From NCBI GenBank assembly GCA_963724765.1, contig CAVRVY010000003.1, positions 1,606,247-1,670,246 of the forward strand: 64,000 bases of DNA, in the 5' to 3' direction. A program made the position numbers and the translations under genes. A model generated the notes under the pieces. That model was not told the origin of the DNA and ran no database searches. It was given only the letters and a program-made list of their open reading frames with translations. The stretch comes from an uncultured delta proteobacterium. Its GTDB lineage: Bacteria; Desulfobacterota; Binatia; Binatales; Binataceae. This document shows, in pieces, positions 18,251-28,069 of the stretch. Each line of letters opens with the position of its first letter. Position 1 is the first letter of the stretch.

Positions 18251-19269
18251 TCAGCCAAGCCATTCAGGATGAGTCGAGGTCGAGTCAAAGGTCTGGCTGG
18301 TTTTATAGAGTTCGAATCCGCCCGACGCGGCGATCTTTTCTGTCTTCGCGAGAAGCGCATCCCGCTGAGAGCCGCTCATCGGACGAAACGTGCGCGCGGC
18401 ATCCAGCGCCTGTTCCAATATTCGCATCGAGTCGCAGCCCGTGATTACCACGCTGGTCGGCAGATTCATCGAATAGTGCAGGCATTCGACCGGGGTGAGC
18501 ACACCGCTGCGCAGGAAGTTGCCGTCGCCCATCGTCTTCATACCCAATACGCCGATTTGGCGTCGGACCAATATGGGAAGAACGATGGATTCGAAGCTGT
18601 CGAAATGGGCGTCCATTACGTTAAGCGGCATCTGCACGGTGTCGAATGAGAAGCCGTGCTTGTCCGCGGTTTCCAGCATGTGAAGGTGAATTTGAGGACT
18701 TTTGTGGCGGTGAAACCTATAAATCGTAGCTTGCCGGACTGCTTCGCGTCGAGCATCGCTTCGATAGCGCCGCCGTTCGCGAAAATTCGATCCGGGTCGT
18801 TCATCCGGATCACCTCATGAAACTGCACCAGATCGATCCGATCAGTCTGCAGGCGCCGCAGCGAATCTTCAATCTGTCTGGTGGCTGAGGTTTTGTCGCG
18901 TCCGTCGATTTTGGTCATCACAAATGCTTTGTCGCGATAACCATCGCGCAAAGCTTTTCCGACGCGCATTTCGCTGATGCCGTCATTGTAGTCCCAGCTG
19001 TTGTCAAGGAAGTTGACTCCACTGTCCAGTGCGGTCCGCACGATCCGGATGCTCTCGGATTCCTCCACCAGCGCGCGGCCAAGGTGATGCCCGCCAATAC
19101 CGACGATGGAAACCTGCTCGCCGGTGTGCCCCAAGCCGCGCCGTGGAATTTCACCGCTTGGCGGCCCCGCAGATTTGGATCCATCGGCGGCAAAAGCTCG
19201 CCGCGCCATCGCAAGTGCCAGCGCCGCCGTTGAGCCCGCAAGCTTCAGGAAATTTCGGCGTTCAATCAT
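18251..19269 (-). CDS. Tat-exported aldo/keto reductase with one frameshift near 18710 (likely sequencing error)
   Basis: ERRNFLK Tat motif, NFLDNSWDY, MTK, QFHE, GFT(G)HK junction missing one G, then FDTVQMPLN, GMKTMG. Confidence 0.85.
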
Positions 19270-19464
19270 ATGCGCCGTTTATGACGAGTGCTTCTTCCGT
19301 GCAGCGGCCGCTCCCTTCTTACCCAACGCGGTACGAACCCGCGATGGCAGGTGTGCAATCGTCCGCTTGTCCTTGGCTGCAGTCGCCGCCTGCTTGATAT
19401 TCTCACGCGCCGCTGCGCGTTGCTTTGTCGTCGCCACGATCCATTCTCCAATTGCAGACAGATT

Positions 19465-20097
19465 CTATTCCATAGCCTCTTCTTCTTCCGAGGCTTCGGG
19501 TGCGCGCATGGCGGATTCCATTGCGAGCGTGGTGAGCGCGTGCTCATTCCAATTGAGATGGGTTTGTTCCTGCTTGCGTACTTCGCGGATCGCCTTGGAG
19601 GCCATCCGTTTCAGTTCCGGGTCGCTAATCCTGGTGGTTATCGAGGCGAGCATCTCCCAGTCCCAATGATCCTTGGTTTCAGCGAGGACCAGGTTCTCTA
19701 TATTGTTCAAGTCCGTCAGCTCGGCAGGCACCTGCACAGAAAGCAGGCCGTTCGCCTTCTGGTCAGCGGCCTCCGCTCCGGGGCTTCGATAGTTCGCATC
19801 ACCCGCCGCAGCCTCGAGCATCTCGGTGCAGAGTTCAACGTGGCGTTCGGTCTGGCGCATGAATTCTGCGAGCTTTTCTCTGAATTCGGCGTGTTCGAGC
19901 TCGTCCAGGGCCTTTTCGTAGAGTTTCACCCCACCCATTTCGACCACCAGCATTTCGGATAGAAAATCTTTCAACCATTCCGTTTCCAACGGCATTTGCT
20001 TCCCCCGCGATGTTCTCTTTGAAGACGCGCGCTGACGAGCGCCGTTGCGATGTGAGGTTGCCATTTGCTTCGCTCCATTAAGACGACTTGTTGCCAA
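19465..20097 (-). CDS. Ferritin-like (DUF892-like) protein
   Basis: EMGGVKLY, TERH, AETKDH, EQTH di-iron-type ExxH pattern. Confidence 0.75.
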   Translation of the reverse strand: MATSRLNGAKQMATSHRNGARQRASSKRTSRGKQMPLETEWLKDFLSEMLVVEMGGVKLYEKALDELEHAEFREKLAEFMRQTERHVELCTEMLEAAAGDANYRSPGAEAADQKANGLLSVQVPAELTDLNNIENLVLAETKDHWDWEMLASITTRISDPELKRMASKAIREVRKQEQTHLNWNEHALTTLAMESAMRAPEASEEEEAME

Positions 20098-20136
20098 AAG
20101 TATACGTTCGCCCGCTTACAGTGAAAGCAAACGGAA

Positions 20137-20151
20137 GCAATCGACGTGCCC
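20137..20151 (-). promoter_or_regulatory. Putative sigma-54 promoter for the ferritin-like gene
   Basis: Minus strand GGGCACGTCGATTGC. Confidence 0.7.
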
Positions 20152-20224
20152 GCAGGGAGTAAAGCTCATTCTCTCATCCTTGCTGCATCAGGACGAGCAA
20201 CGGCAAGACCGGATTGTAATGTTG

Positions 20225-20992
20225 TCAAGTGTCACGTGAATCAGGAGAATATTTCTGCAACTGTGAAAACGTAGAGTCAGCCGTGGTCCAATCGTTATTG
20301 AAGTACGCGTACACCTCGCGTCGCTGTCTCAATAACGTCCTCATTTGATCAGCCCAGCGACAAAGTTCTGGCTTTGAATACGAGGATGCAAACATCTTGC
20401 GCGGTCCGTGAAAGCGAAAATATGTAAAGTCTGCCGTAGTTGCGATGTCGGGAACCGGATAGCGGGTTGAATGAGAAATTACCAATGCTGCACGATGGCG
20501 CCGAAGGAGCGCCAGCATCGCATTGCCGAAACATGAGTCACTCCGGAATTCCACTGCTAAGCGCTGCCGGCGGTCGCCTCTGCCTGCAAAATCCAGAAAA
20601 TCATCCAGCGACTTGAGGTTGACGTCGCTCGCGCTAAAAGTTGAAGGGAACTGCAGCAGGATTGGCCCGAGCTTATGCTTTAGAATCGAAACTCGACCAA
20701 TGAACGTATCCCAGGCCTCATGTGCATCCCTGATACGTTTGATATGTGTGAGGTAGCGCGACGCTTTTAAGGCGAACCGAAACTGGTCCGGCGTCTCGCG
20801 GTACCAGGCTTCGCAGGTCTGTTCCGTGGGCAACCGATAGAAGGAGTAATTGACCTCGACCGAATCAAATTGGCTCGCATAGTAGGGAAGCCATTTTTTC
20901 AGGGGCACCTCGCGAGGATAGAAGTCGCCTCGCCATTCGCGATAGGTCCAGCCCGATGTGCCTATATGCGCGCCAGTCATGCGGCGTGGCAT
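20225..20992 (-). CDS. DUF72 family protein (extreme C-terminus possibly replaced)
   Basis: IGTSGW, VEVNYSFY, LLQFP, VEFR, YFRFHG, YFNND. Confidence 0.92.
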   Translation of the reverse strand: MPRRMTGAHIGTSGWTYREWRGDFYPREVPLKKWLPYYASQFDSVEVNYSFYRLPTEQTCEAWYRETPDQFRFALKASRYLTHIKRIRDAHEAWDTFIGRVSILKHKLGPILLQFPSTFSASDVNLKSLDDFLDFAGRGDRRQRLAVEFRSDSCFGNAMLALLRRHRAALVISHSTRYPVPDIATTADFTYFRFHGPRKMFASSYSKPELCRWADQMRTLLRQRREVYAYFNNDWTTADSTFSQLQKYSPDSRDT

Positions 20993-21014
20993 GCGTCCGA
21001 GCGCATGCCTCGAG

Positions 21015-21545
21015 TCACGACATTTTTGTTAGAAGCGATTTCATATCTTCGGCGTGATCCTCTTCCACCTTGAGAATGTCTTCGATCATTTTGCGCGTGG
21101 TCGGATCGCCGTCACCGAGCCAGCGCACTATTTCTGAGTAGGATTCGATTGCAATACGCTCGGCAACGAGGTTTTCCTTGATCATCGATGCGAGGCTGTC
21201 GCCTTCGGCGTATTCGGAGTGGCTGCGGGTGAGAAAACCCTCGGGATTCAAATCCGGCGCCCCTCCGAGTTGCGTGATGCGCGCCGCCACCCAATCCGCG
21301 TGCTGTTGTTCCTCACCCGCGTGTTCCAGAAACTGATCCTTGGCCCCTTCCGAATTGATACCAGATGCCATGTAGTAATGCCGTTTGTAACGCAGGACGC
21401 ATACCATCTCTGTGGCGAGAACGTCGTTCAGAACCTTGAGCACCGCGTTTCGGTCGGCGCCGTAACCCTCCGTTACAGCACCCTGCTCCATATGCTGACG
21501 CGCGCGGCTTCGGAGTTTTTTGAGATCGGTTACGAATTCGCTCAT
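21015..21545 (-). CDS. Bacterioferritin/Dps-like ferritin-family protein
   Basis: LATEMVCVLRYKRH, EEQQHA, AERIAIESY, EEDHA. Confidence 0.9.
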   Translation of the reverse strand: MSEFVTDLKKLRSRARQHMEQGAVTEGYGADRNAVLKVLNDVLATEMVCVLRYKRHYYMASGINSEGAKDQFLEHAGEEQQHADWVAARITQLGGAPDLNPEGFLTRSHSEYAEGDSLASMIKENLVAERIAIESYSEIVRWLGDGDPTTRKMIEDILKVEEDHAEDMKSLLTKMS

Positions 21546-22057
21546 TTCAAGATCTCCTATTCACCTGGCTTATCCATACGGAATTTTCCGCATGAAAGCT
21601 TTGTGTATCACGCCCCAGGATAAACAACAGTGACATACGAGCGCAGCCGCCCGTACCTTTGCCGCACGCCACTCCCCGAGCCGTCGTCAAAACTCGAGCT
21701 CGATGCTGATCACAGAGAAGCTAAGCAACATGGCGGCCAATCTGCCGAGACCGCTTAAAATTTGCGGCAGATTTGTGCTTTCACAGGCAATCGAAGAGAA
21801 AAAACTTCGCTTCGCCGCGACTGGTTCGGCAGGAATAAGAGAAATGGCAGCAGAATTTCGACTGAACCGCCCGCTGCGGCAATCATGTTACCGGTGACTT
21901 TTCGTAGCGTCCCTCGCCACACACTTCGTGTTGGATTGTAGGTGGCATCGCGGACAATCAAAAAGTCAATTTCACCGGAAAAACCTACAACGCGGGAGAA
22001 CATTTTCAAAAAGACGAGCTAAGACTGGATCGAACCGCGCTAAGACGCGGCGAGAAC

Positions 22058-22073
22058 CGGCATGTCCTTTGCT
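22058..22073 (+). promoter_or_regulatory. Putative sigma-54 promoter for the multicopper oxidase cluster
   Basis: CGGCATGTCCTTTGCT; AAGAC direct repeats just upstream (22011, 22021, 22042). Confidence 0.65.
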
Positions 22074-22113
22074 CCGGTAAAGCGCGCGCTGCGTTCAAAG
22101 GACAATTTACACT

Positions 22114-23862
22114 ATGATCCATCCATTCGATCGTATCCTCCTGGTCGCGGCGGCAATCACCCTGATGATGCCGTCGCCGACGCGGGCCGCAGGATGCGTT
22201 CGCTACGCGCCGGGCAGCGCGGTCGTCGAGCCCGAAGATCTTTACAGCCAGAACGGCGTATTGACCGTCGACCTCTCCTATCAGACGAGCACTGACGCCA
22301 ACGGGAATCAGCTCTTCTGTTACGTGCTTCCCGACGGGAACCAGTCGCCAACGCTACACATAAATCCCGGTGATCGGCTGGTTCTGACGCTTACGAATGA
22401 TACGCCTGAGCCGGCGCCATCAGACGCGATGAAAATGCAGATGCAGATGTCTTCCTCGCCCACTGATGCTTGCGGCGCTTCCACGATGGACACGTCGTCG
22501 ACGAACGTGCACTTCCATGGCACGAATACGCCGCCGGTATGCCATCAGGACGAGGTCATCCACACGCTCATAAACTCCGGTCAGACGTTCACCTATGACG
22601 TGCAGTTTCCAGCCGACGAGCCCTCCGGTGAGTACTGGTATCATCCGCATGTCCATGGCTTGAGCGAGATGGCCGTACTCGGCGGCGCCACGGGCGTAAT
22701 CATTGTAGAGGGTATAGAAAACCTTCAGCCCAAGGTTTCCGGTCTTCCACAGCGGATTCTGGTCGTGCGCGATAGCGTCATTCCAGGCGACCCTGATCCG
22801 CCCGCTCCCGCCAAGGACCTTTCGCTGAATTACGTTCCGATTCCGTATCCCGACTATCCGCCGGCGATCGTCACAATGAGTCCGGAGGGGCAGGAATTTT
22901 GGCGCGTCGCGAACACTTCGGCGGATACGGTGCTGGATCTCCAAGTCAAATACGACGGCAGGGCACAGCCGCTCGAGATCGTTGCGCTGGATGGTGTTCC
23001 GATTGGCTCCCAGGACGGTTCGCGCCGCGGCAAGCTCATCACGAGCACAGCTATCCTGGTGCCACCCGCCTCACGCGCTGAGTTTATCCTGAAGGGCCCC
23101 ACTACCAAGGTGAAGCTCGCACAGTTCGTGACGCTCAACGTTGATACGGGCCCGCAGGGTGATAATGATCCGGCGCGGCCGTTGGCTACCATTCAGACCA
23201 CCGAGGCTCCTGGCGCGCAGACAATCTCTGAGATGCCAGCGGTTTCTGGACCGCCAAGTCCTCAACGCTTCGAGGGCCTGGCGGAGGCTAAGCCTACTGC
23301 AACGCGGAAACTCTACTTCTCAGAAAATCAGACAAACTTTTTCATAACCGTCGACGGTCAGACCCCGGTCGCATTCAGTCCTGACCTTCCGCCGGCAATC
23401 ACAACTACCCAGGGGGCGGTCGAAGACTGGACCATTGAGAACCGCAGCGGTGAGGTTCACGAATTTCATATCCATCAAGAGCACTTCCTGCTGCTGCAGC
23501 GTAATGGAAAAGCCGTCCCTTCAGGTCAGCGCCAGTTTTTCGATACGGTCAATATTCCCTACTGGAAAGGCAAAGGTCCCTACCCGAGCATAACGGTCAG
23601 GCTGGACTTCCGCGGACCGACGATCGGCGATTTCGTTTATCATTGCCACATCCTTGAGCACGAGGATGGCGGCATGATGGCGATCATCCGCGTGCTGCCG
23701 CAGGGCTCCAGCGCCGCGCTGAAGAAGCGCACTTTGGGGGCCGCTTACGCCGTTCAACCGACGACGCCTCAGGCGCCGACCAGGGCGACCGCGCCGGCGT
23801 GGCGCTCGAAAGTCCTGCTGTTGTCGCGGTCGGCAATTACGGAGATTGTACTTGGTCTTTAG
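22114..23862 (+). CDS. Secreted multicopper oxidase
   Basis: Signal peptide; HFHG, WYHPH, HEFHIH, YHCHILEHEDGGMM copper motifs. Confidence 0.95.
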   Translation: MIHPFDRILLVAAAITLMMPSPTRAAGCVRYAPGSAVVEPEDLYSQNGVLTVDLSYQTSTDANGNQLFCYVLPDGNQSPTLHINPGDRLVLTLTNDTPEPAPSDAMKMQMQMSSSPTDACGASTMDTSSTNVHFHGTNTPPVCHQDEVIHTLINSGQTFTYDVQFPADEPSGEYWYHPHVHGLSEMAVLGGATGVIIVEGIENLQPKVSGLPQRILVVRDSVIPGDPDPPAPAKDLSLNYVPIPYPDYPPAIVTMSPEGQEFWRVANTSADTVLDLQVKYDGRAQPLEIVALDGVPIGSQDGSRRGKLITSTAILVPPASRAEFILKGPTTKVKLAQFVTLNVDTGPQGDNDPARPLATIQTTEAPGAQTISEMPAVSGPPSPQRFEGLAEAKPTATRKLYFSENQTNFFITVDGQTPVAFSPDLPPAITTTQGAVEDWTIENRSGEVHEFHIHQEHFLLLQRNGKAVPSGQRQFFDTVNIPYWKGKGPYPSITVRLDFRGPTIGDFVYHCHILEHEDGGMMAIIRVLPQGSSAALKKRTLGAAYAVQPTTPQAPTRATAPAWRSKVLLLSRSAITEIVLGL

Positions 23863-23950
23863 ATCTTCTCCTCGACTTAACTAGACGGAAAGCAGCTGAA
23901 CTCTATCCAATGGCTATTCCGGCGATTGCAACCAATTAGGGAGTATAAAT

Positions 23951-24460
23951 ATGTTCGTGTTAACGCAAACAGGCGCGCGAGTACTTGCGGCGGCGACGCT
24001 GCTCTCCTCTATCGTTCTGGCCAGTCCTTTCGCCAAGGCCGCAGTCGCACCTGCGCCGGAGGTTCTAGCCCAGGCTTCTACATCGCCCGCAACTACGGAG
24101 ACGGCCCCAGCGGGCGCGAAAGCTGATCCCGTCGAGATGCACATCAAAGAGTTGCACAACCGGCTTCACATCACGGCCGCTCAGCAGGCCCAATGGGATA
24201 GCCTCGTCCAGGTGATGCGAGACAACGCGAAAGCGATGACTGATTTGCAAAAGCAGAGAAGCAAAAATGCGAAGGAGATGACCGCTGTTGACGCGGTTAA
24301 ATCCTACCAGGCGGTCATCGAAGCGCATGAGGCTGGAATGGCTAAATTCGTCCCGGCCTTTCAGGCGCTGTATGACAGCATGTCGGACGTCCAGAAGAAA
24401 ACCGCGGACGCCATGTTCCGCACCAAAGTGCGTTCCGCAGCGGAGAAGGATAGCAAGTAA
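23951..24460 (+). CDS. Spy/CpxP (LTXXQ) periplasmic chaperone
   Basis: Signal peptide; LHITAAQ, LYDSMSDVQKKTAD. Confidence 0.8.
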   Translation: MFVLTQTGARVLAAATLLSSIVLASPFAKAAVAPAPEVLAQASTSPATTETAPAGAKADPVEMHIKELHNRLHITAAQQAQWDSLVQVMRDNAKAMTDLQKQRSKNAKEMTAVDAVKSYQAVIEAHEAGMAKFVPAFQALYDSMSDVQKKTADAMFRTKVRSAAEKDSK

Positions 24461-24532
24461 TCAAGAGGTCGGACACGGCGATAGTGCGAACTTCCCGGTT
24501 TGCGGCAGTCGCTCCAGGAGATTGAGGGCGTT

Positions 24533-24847
24533 ATGGAAAAGACCACACTAACCAAGATCAGTAAGATGATGATTGCGATCGGCTTCGGCGTTACAATTTT
24601 TGGTGCTGCGATGGGATCGGCTTTCGCCGGCGGCGGACATGACCGAGGCCACGCCGATAGGCATCACGAAGATCGCCATAGGGATCACGATAGAGGTCAC
24701 GTTTACGTTGCTCCCGTGCCAAACTACTATTACGCGCCGCCGTCGAACTACTACTACGCGCCGGAGCCGGAATACTATCCACCTTCGCCGGCTTATAGCG
24801 CGCCGCCGCCATCGGAAGGCGTAAACCTGTTCTTCGGCATGCGCTAG
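24533..24847 (+). CDS. Small secreted His/Arg- and Tyr/Pro-rich protein
   Basis: Signal peptide ending AFA; HDRGHADRHHEDRH; NYYYAP repeats. Confidence 0.7.
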   Translation: MEKTTLTKISKMMIAIGFGVTIFGAAMGSAFAGGGHDRGHADRHHEDRHRDHDRGHVYVAPVPNYYYAPPSNYYYAPEPEYYPPSPAYSAPPPSEGVNLFFGMR

Positions 24848-24866
24848 AAAATGTTGGCTGAGTGGT

Positions 24867-26480
24867 TCACTCGGCTCTCACGTGTGCAGCCTTCGGGTCG
24901 TTCTTTTTGAGCATCATCGCGACCGGCACCATCACCAGGCAGATCACAGCAATCAGCCATGCCACGTCCATGTATGATTGCACGGTCGCCTGGGCGATGG
25001 TCGCGTCATATATGCGCAAAAGCGTCTGGCGCGCAGCCTGGGGCTGGCTCAGGCCGCGATGAAACAGTTGCGCGCCTAGCCCGTCCGTCAGCGTGCGAAA
25101 AGACTGCTGCGCGGGAGTCACGTGCGCGATGAGTTCGTCCTGATGAAACTGTGTGCGGCGCGCGACCATGGTTTCGACCAGCGAGATGCCTACGCTCCCG
25201 CCGACATTGCGCAGCAGATTGATGAACCCCGAAACTTCACCGCCTTTCTCCTCCGGAAAGCCGACGTAGGAAGCGGTGTTGATCGGGATGAAGAGCAGCG
25301 CGAGCCCGAGCGATTGCAACGCTCGATAGGTAGCCGCCGTGCGAAAATCAATCTGCAGGTCGAGGTTCATCGCTACGAAGTGAATCGCGTAAGCACTCGC
25401 GAGGCATCCGGCCACCGCCAGCCAACGCGCCTGTACTCGCGTGACCAGCTTTCCGACCGCCGGCATCAGCAGGATCATCACCGTTGCGCCAGGCGCGAGC
25501 GTCATCCCCGCGAGTTCGGCGTCGTAACCCATGAAGGCTTGCATGAACTGCGGAATAAACACGGTCATCGCGTAGACCTGAACCCCGTAGACGAAGATCA
25601 TCGCGGCGGCGGCGGCAAAGCTGCGGTTCTTGAACAGCCGAAGATCGAGCACTGGACGGCGCCGCGTCAGCTCCCAGATCACGAAACCCACCAGGCTCAC
25701 GACGAAGCTGACCGCCAGAAACGAGATGAGGTGCGAAACGAACCAGTCATCTTCCTGGCCTCTGTCCAGCACGACCTGAAGTGATCCGAGACACAGTGCA
25801 AGCAGCCCGATGCCGATATAGTCGATGCTAATTGACTTGCGCGCCTGCTTCGCCCGCTCGGCCAGGTAAGGGGGATCCTTGATGAGTCGCGAAACAAGCA
25901 GTAGCGAAACGATCCCGACCGGTATGTTCATGTAGAAGATCCAGCGCCACTGGTAGTTGTCGGTGATCCAGCCTCCGATTGTTGGCCCGATTGCCGGCGC
26001 CAGCACCACCACCATTCCATACAGCGCGAATGCCATCCCCAGTCGTTCCGCCGGGAAGGTGTCCTTCAGGATCGCTTGCGATACCGGCTGCAATCCTCCC
26101 CCACCGGCGCCTTGCAGCACTCGAAAGGCGATAAGCATCCCGAGCGACGGCGCGATACCGCAGAGAAACGAACTGATTGAAAAGATCACCACGGCCGCCA
26201 GGTAAAAGCGCTTGCGCCCGAACAGCGTGGACAACCATCCGCTGATCGGCAGGACGACCGCGTTGGCGACCAGGTACGAAGTCAGCACCCAGCTCGCATC
26301 GTCAACGCTGGCGGCCAGTCCGCCCGCAATGTAGGGCAAGGCGACGTTGGCGATGCTCGTGTCGAGCACTTCCATGAACGCGGCCAGCGAGACCGTCCCC
26401 GCGATAACCCATGGACTCACGTCGGGCTTCGGCGTTGCCGATGAGGCGTGCGGATCTGTGACTTTTGGCGCAGCGCTCAT
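24867..26480 (-). CDS. DHA2/EmrB-family MFS efflux permease
   Basis: MEVLDTSIANVALP, FGRKR, APAIGPTIGG, LLRNVGGS. Confidence 0.95.
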   Translation of the reverse strand: MSAAPKVTDPHASSATPKPDVSPWVIAGTVSLAAFMEVLDTSIANVALPYIAGGLAASVDDASWVLTSYLVANAVVLPISGWLSTLFGRKRFYLAAVVIFSISSFLCGIAPSLGMLIAFRVLQGAGGGGLQPVSQAILKDTFPAERLGMAFALYGMVVVLAPAIGPTIGGWITDNYQWRWIFYMNIPVGIVSLLLVSRLIKDPPYLAERAKQARKSISIDYIGIGLLALCLGSLQVVLDRGQEDDWFVSHLISFLAVSFVVSLVGFVIWELTRRRPVLDLRLFKNRSFAAAAAMIFVYGVQVYAMTVFIPQFMQAFMGYDAELAGMTLAPGATVMILLMPAVGKLVTRVQARWLAVAGCLASAYAIHFVAMNLDLQIDFRTAATYRALQSLGLALLFIPINTASYVGFPEEKGGEVSGFINLLRNVGGSVGISLVETMVARRTQFHQDELIAHVTPAQQSFRTLTDGLGAQLFHRGLSQPQAARQTLLRIYDATIAQATVQSYMDVAWLIAVICLVMVPVAMMLKKNDPKAAHVRAE

Positions 26481-27781
26481 CGGCTTGTCGTCGCGATATC
26501 GACGGTCCGTCCGTCGCTGTTCATCCACACCGTCGGTTCCACCGACATGCCGGGACGAAGCCGATGGTCCGGGTCCTGGCCGGAATAGAGACGAATTCTC
26601 ACCGGCAGTCGCTGCACGACCTTTACGTAGTTGCCGGTGGCGTTCTCTGGAGGTAGCAGACTGAAGAGTTCGCCGGACGCGCCGGGCATCCCCTCGACAT
26701 AACCCTTGTAGTTATGTCCGGTCGCGTCCACGTGAACGGTCACGCGCTCGTTGCGATGCATCCGGCGAACCTGCGTTTCCCGAAAGTCGGCCGTGATCCA
26801 GATGTCGTTGAGCGGAACGATCGTAAGAAGCTGCTCGCCAGGTTGCACTCGCTGCCCGACCTGTACGGTCTTGTCGCCCACCACTCCGGAGGCGGATGCG
26901 ACGATATGCGTGTAGCTCAAATTGAGCCTGGCCTGATCGAGCGAGGCTTGTGCCGCATCCACCGCGGCTTGTGCCTGGCCGATCAGTCTTGCCGCCGCGG
27001 CGACCGCTGCACGGTCCGAGTTGACTGCGGCCGCGGCGATCTTTCCCTCCTTGACGATTTCGTCGTCGGTCTCCTCGGCAATGACGCTCTCGTCAAGGAG
27101 TTCCCGGTAGCGCACCACGTCCCGTTGAGCCTTGACGTTGGTCGCAACCGCGGCGTTAAGATTCGCGAGGGTAAGTTCGTAGTCCTGCCGGGCCGCCAGC
27201 ACGCTCTGTTGCGCCTCGACGAGGTTGGCGGCCGCGTTTTCGACTGCGATCTGATAGTCGCGCGGGTCGAGATCGACGAGCGCCTGCCCCTGGCTCACGT
27301 GATAGGTATTCTCCACGTAAACGTGGATGACGGTGTCGTTTATGCGAGTGCTTACGGGATCGAGATGGCCATCGATCTCGGCGTCGTCGGTCCACTCGTA
27401 AGATTGCAGGTAGTCCCAGAAACGCAGTCCGCCCGCGCAGAGCAGCGCGGCGGCGATCAGGGCCAGCGCAAGTCTCACAGGACGTCGCCGGAGAATATCG
27501 CCACGATCACCCGGCTTGCTGCTGTCGGAGCCGTCGCTTTCCTCATTCTCCGCGTCATTGCCAACGCCTGTCTCGTCTGATTGAGGGGTTCGTTGAAAGG
27601 CTTCTTGCCGCTCCCACTCCACTTCAGGCCGCAGTCGGCCAACCTCCTCATTAAGCCGCTGCGCCGCTGGCACCGAGCGCTCCTGCCCATGCACTCCGTT
27701 GAGATGCGACAGCCCTTTGCTCGAGAGCAGCTCCGCTGTGCCCCGCTCAAATCCGTTCCTTTCCACGTCGAACTCCATCAA
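26477..27781 (-). CDS. HlyD/EmrA-family membrane fusion protein
   Basis: TDDAEIDG, LLPPENATGNYVKVVQR, LRPGMSV; ATGA overlap with the permease. Confidence 0.92.
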   Translation of the reverse strand: MMEFDVERNGFERGTAELLSSKGLSHLNGVHGQERSVPAAQRLNEEVGRLRPEVEWERQEAFQRTPQSDETGVGNDAENEESDGSDSSKPGDRGDILRRRPVRLALALIAAALLCAGGLRFWDYLQSYEWTDDAEIDGHLDPVSTRINDTVIHVYVENTYHVSQGQALVDLDPRDYQIAVENAAANLVEAQQSVLAARQDYELTLANLNAAVATNVKAQRDVVRYRELLDESVIAEETDDEIVKEGKIAAAAVNSDRAAVAAAARLIGQAQAAVDAAQASLDQARLNLSYTHIVASASGVVGDKTVQVGQRVQPGEQLLTIVPLNDIWITADFRETQVRRMHRNERVTVHVDATGHNYKGYVEGMPGASGELFSLLPPENATGNYVKVVQRLPVRIRLYSGQDPDHRLRPGMSVEPTVWMNSDGRTVDIATTSR

Positions 27782-27979
27782 AGAAGGCGTGAAAAAGGCC
27801 CTCCCGGCCCCGTGCAGTGCGGTTTCACGGATGCCCGAACGGACCTATGGAAATGCACAGAGAATGCGGACGGCCCGGCTTCGACATTCCCAGGGCCGGC
27901 GTCGGCAGGAAAGAAAATCGCTATTTAGCGGGCGATTCTTCTATATGAGCGCGGCCCCACCAGATGCTTCATGGTGAAG

Positions 27980-28015
27980 AACGTGACGCACCTGATTCCA
28001 CAACGTGACGTACCT
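27980..28015. repeat. 14-bp direct repeat with 22-bp period (candidate operator)
   Basis: AACGTGACGCACCT (27980) and AACGTGACGTACCT (28002). Confidence 0.7.
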
Positions 28016-28069
28016 CGGCGTTCACGATCTTCGCGCACCGAAAGGCGCTCCACCGAGGCCGACGCTTCG

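Noticed and set aside
21735-21780. Imperfect inverted repeat (AATCTGCCG...CGGCAGATT)
   Set aside because: Isolated, with no U-tract and no second copy; function unsupported
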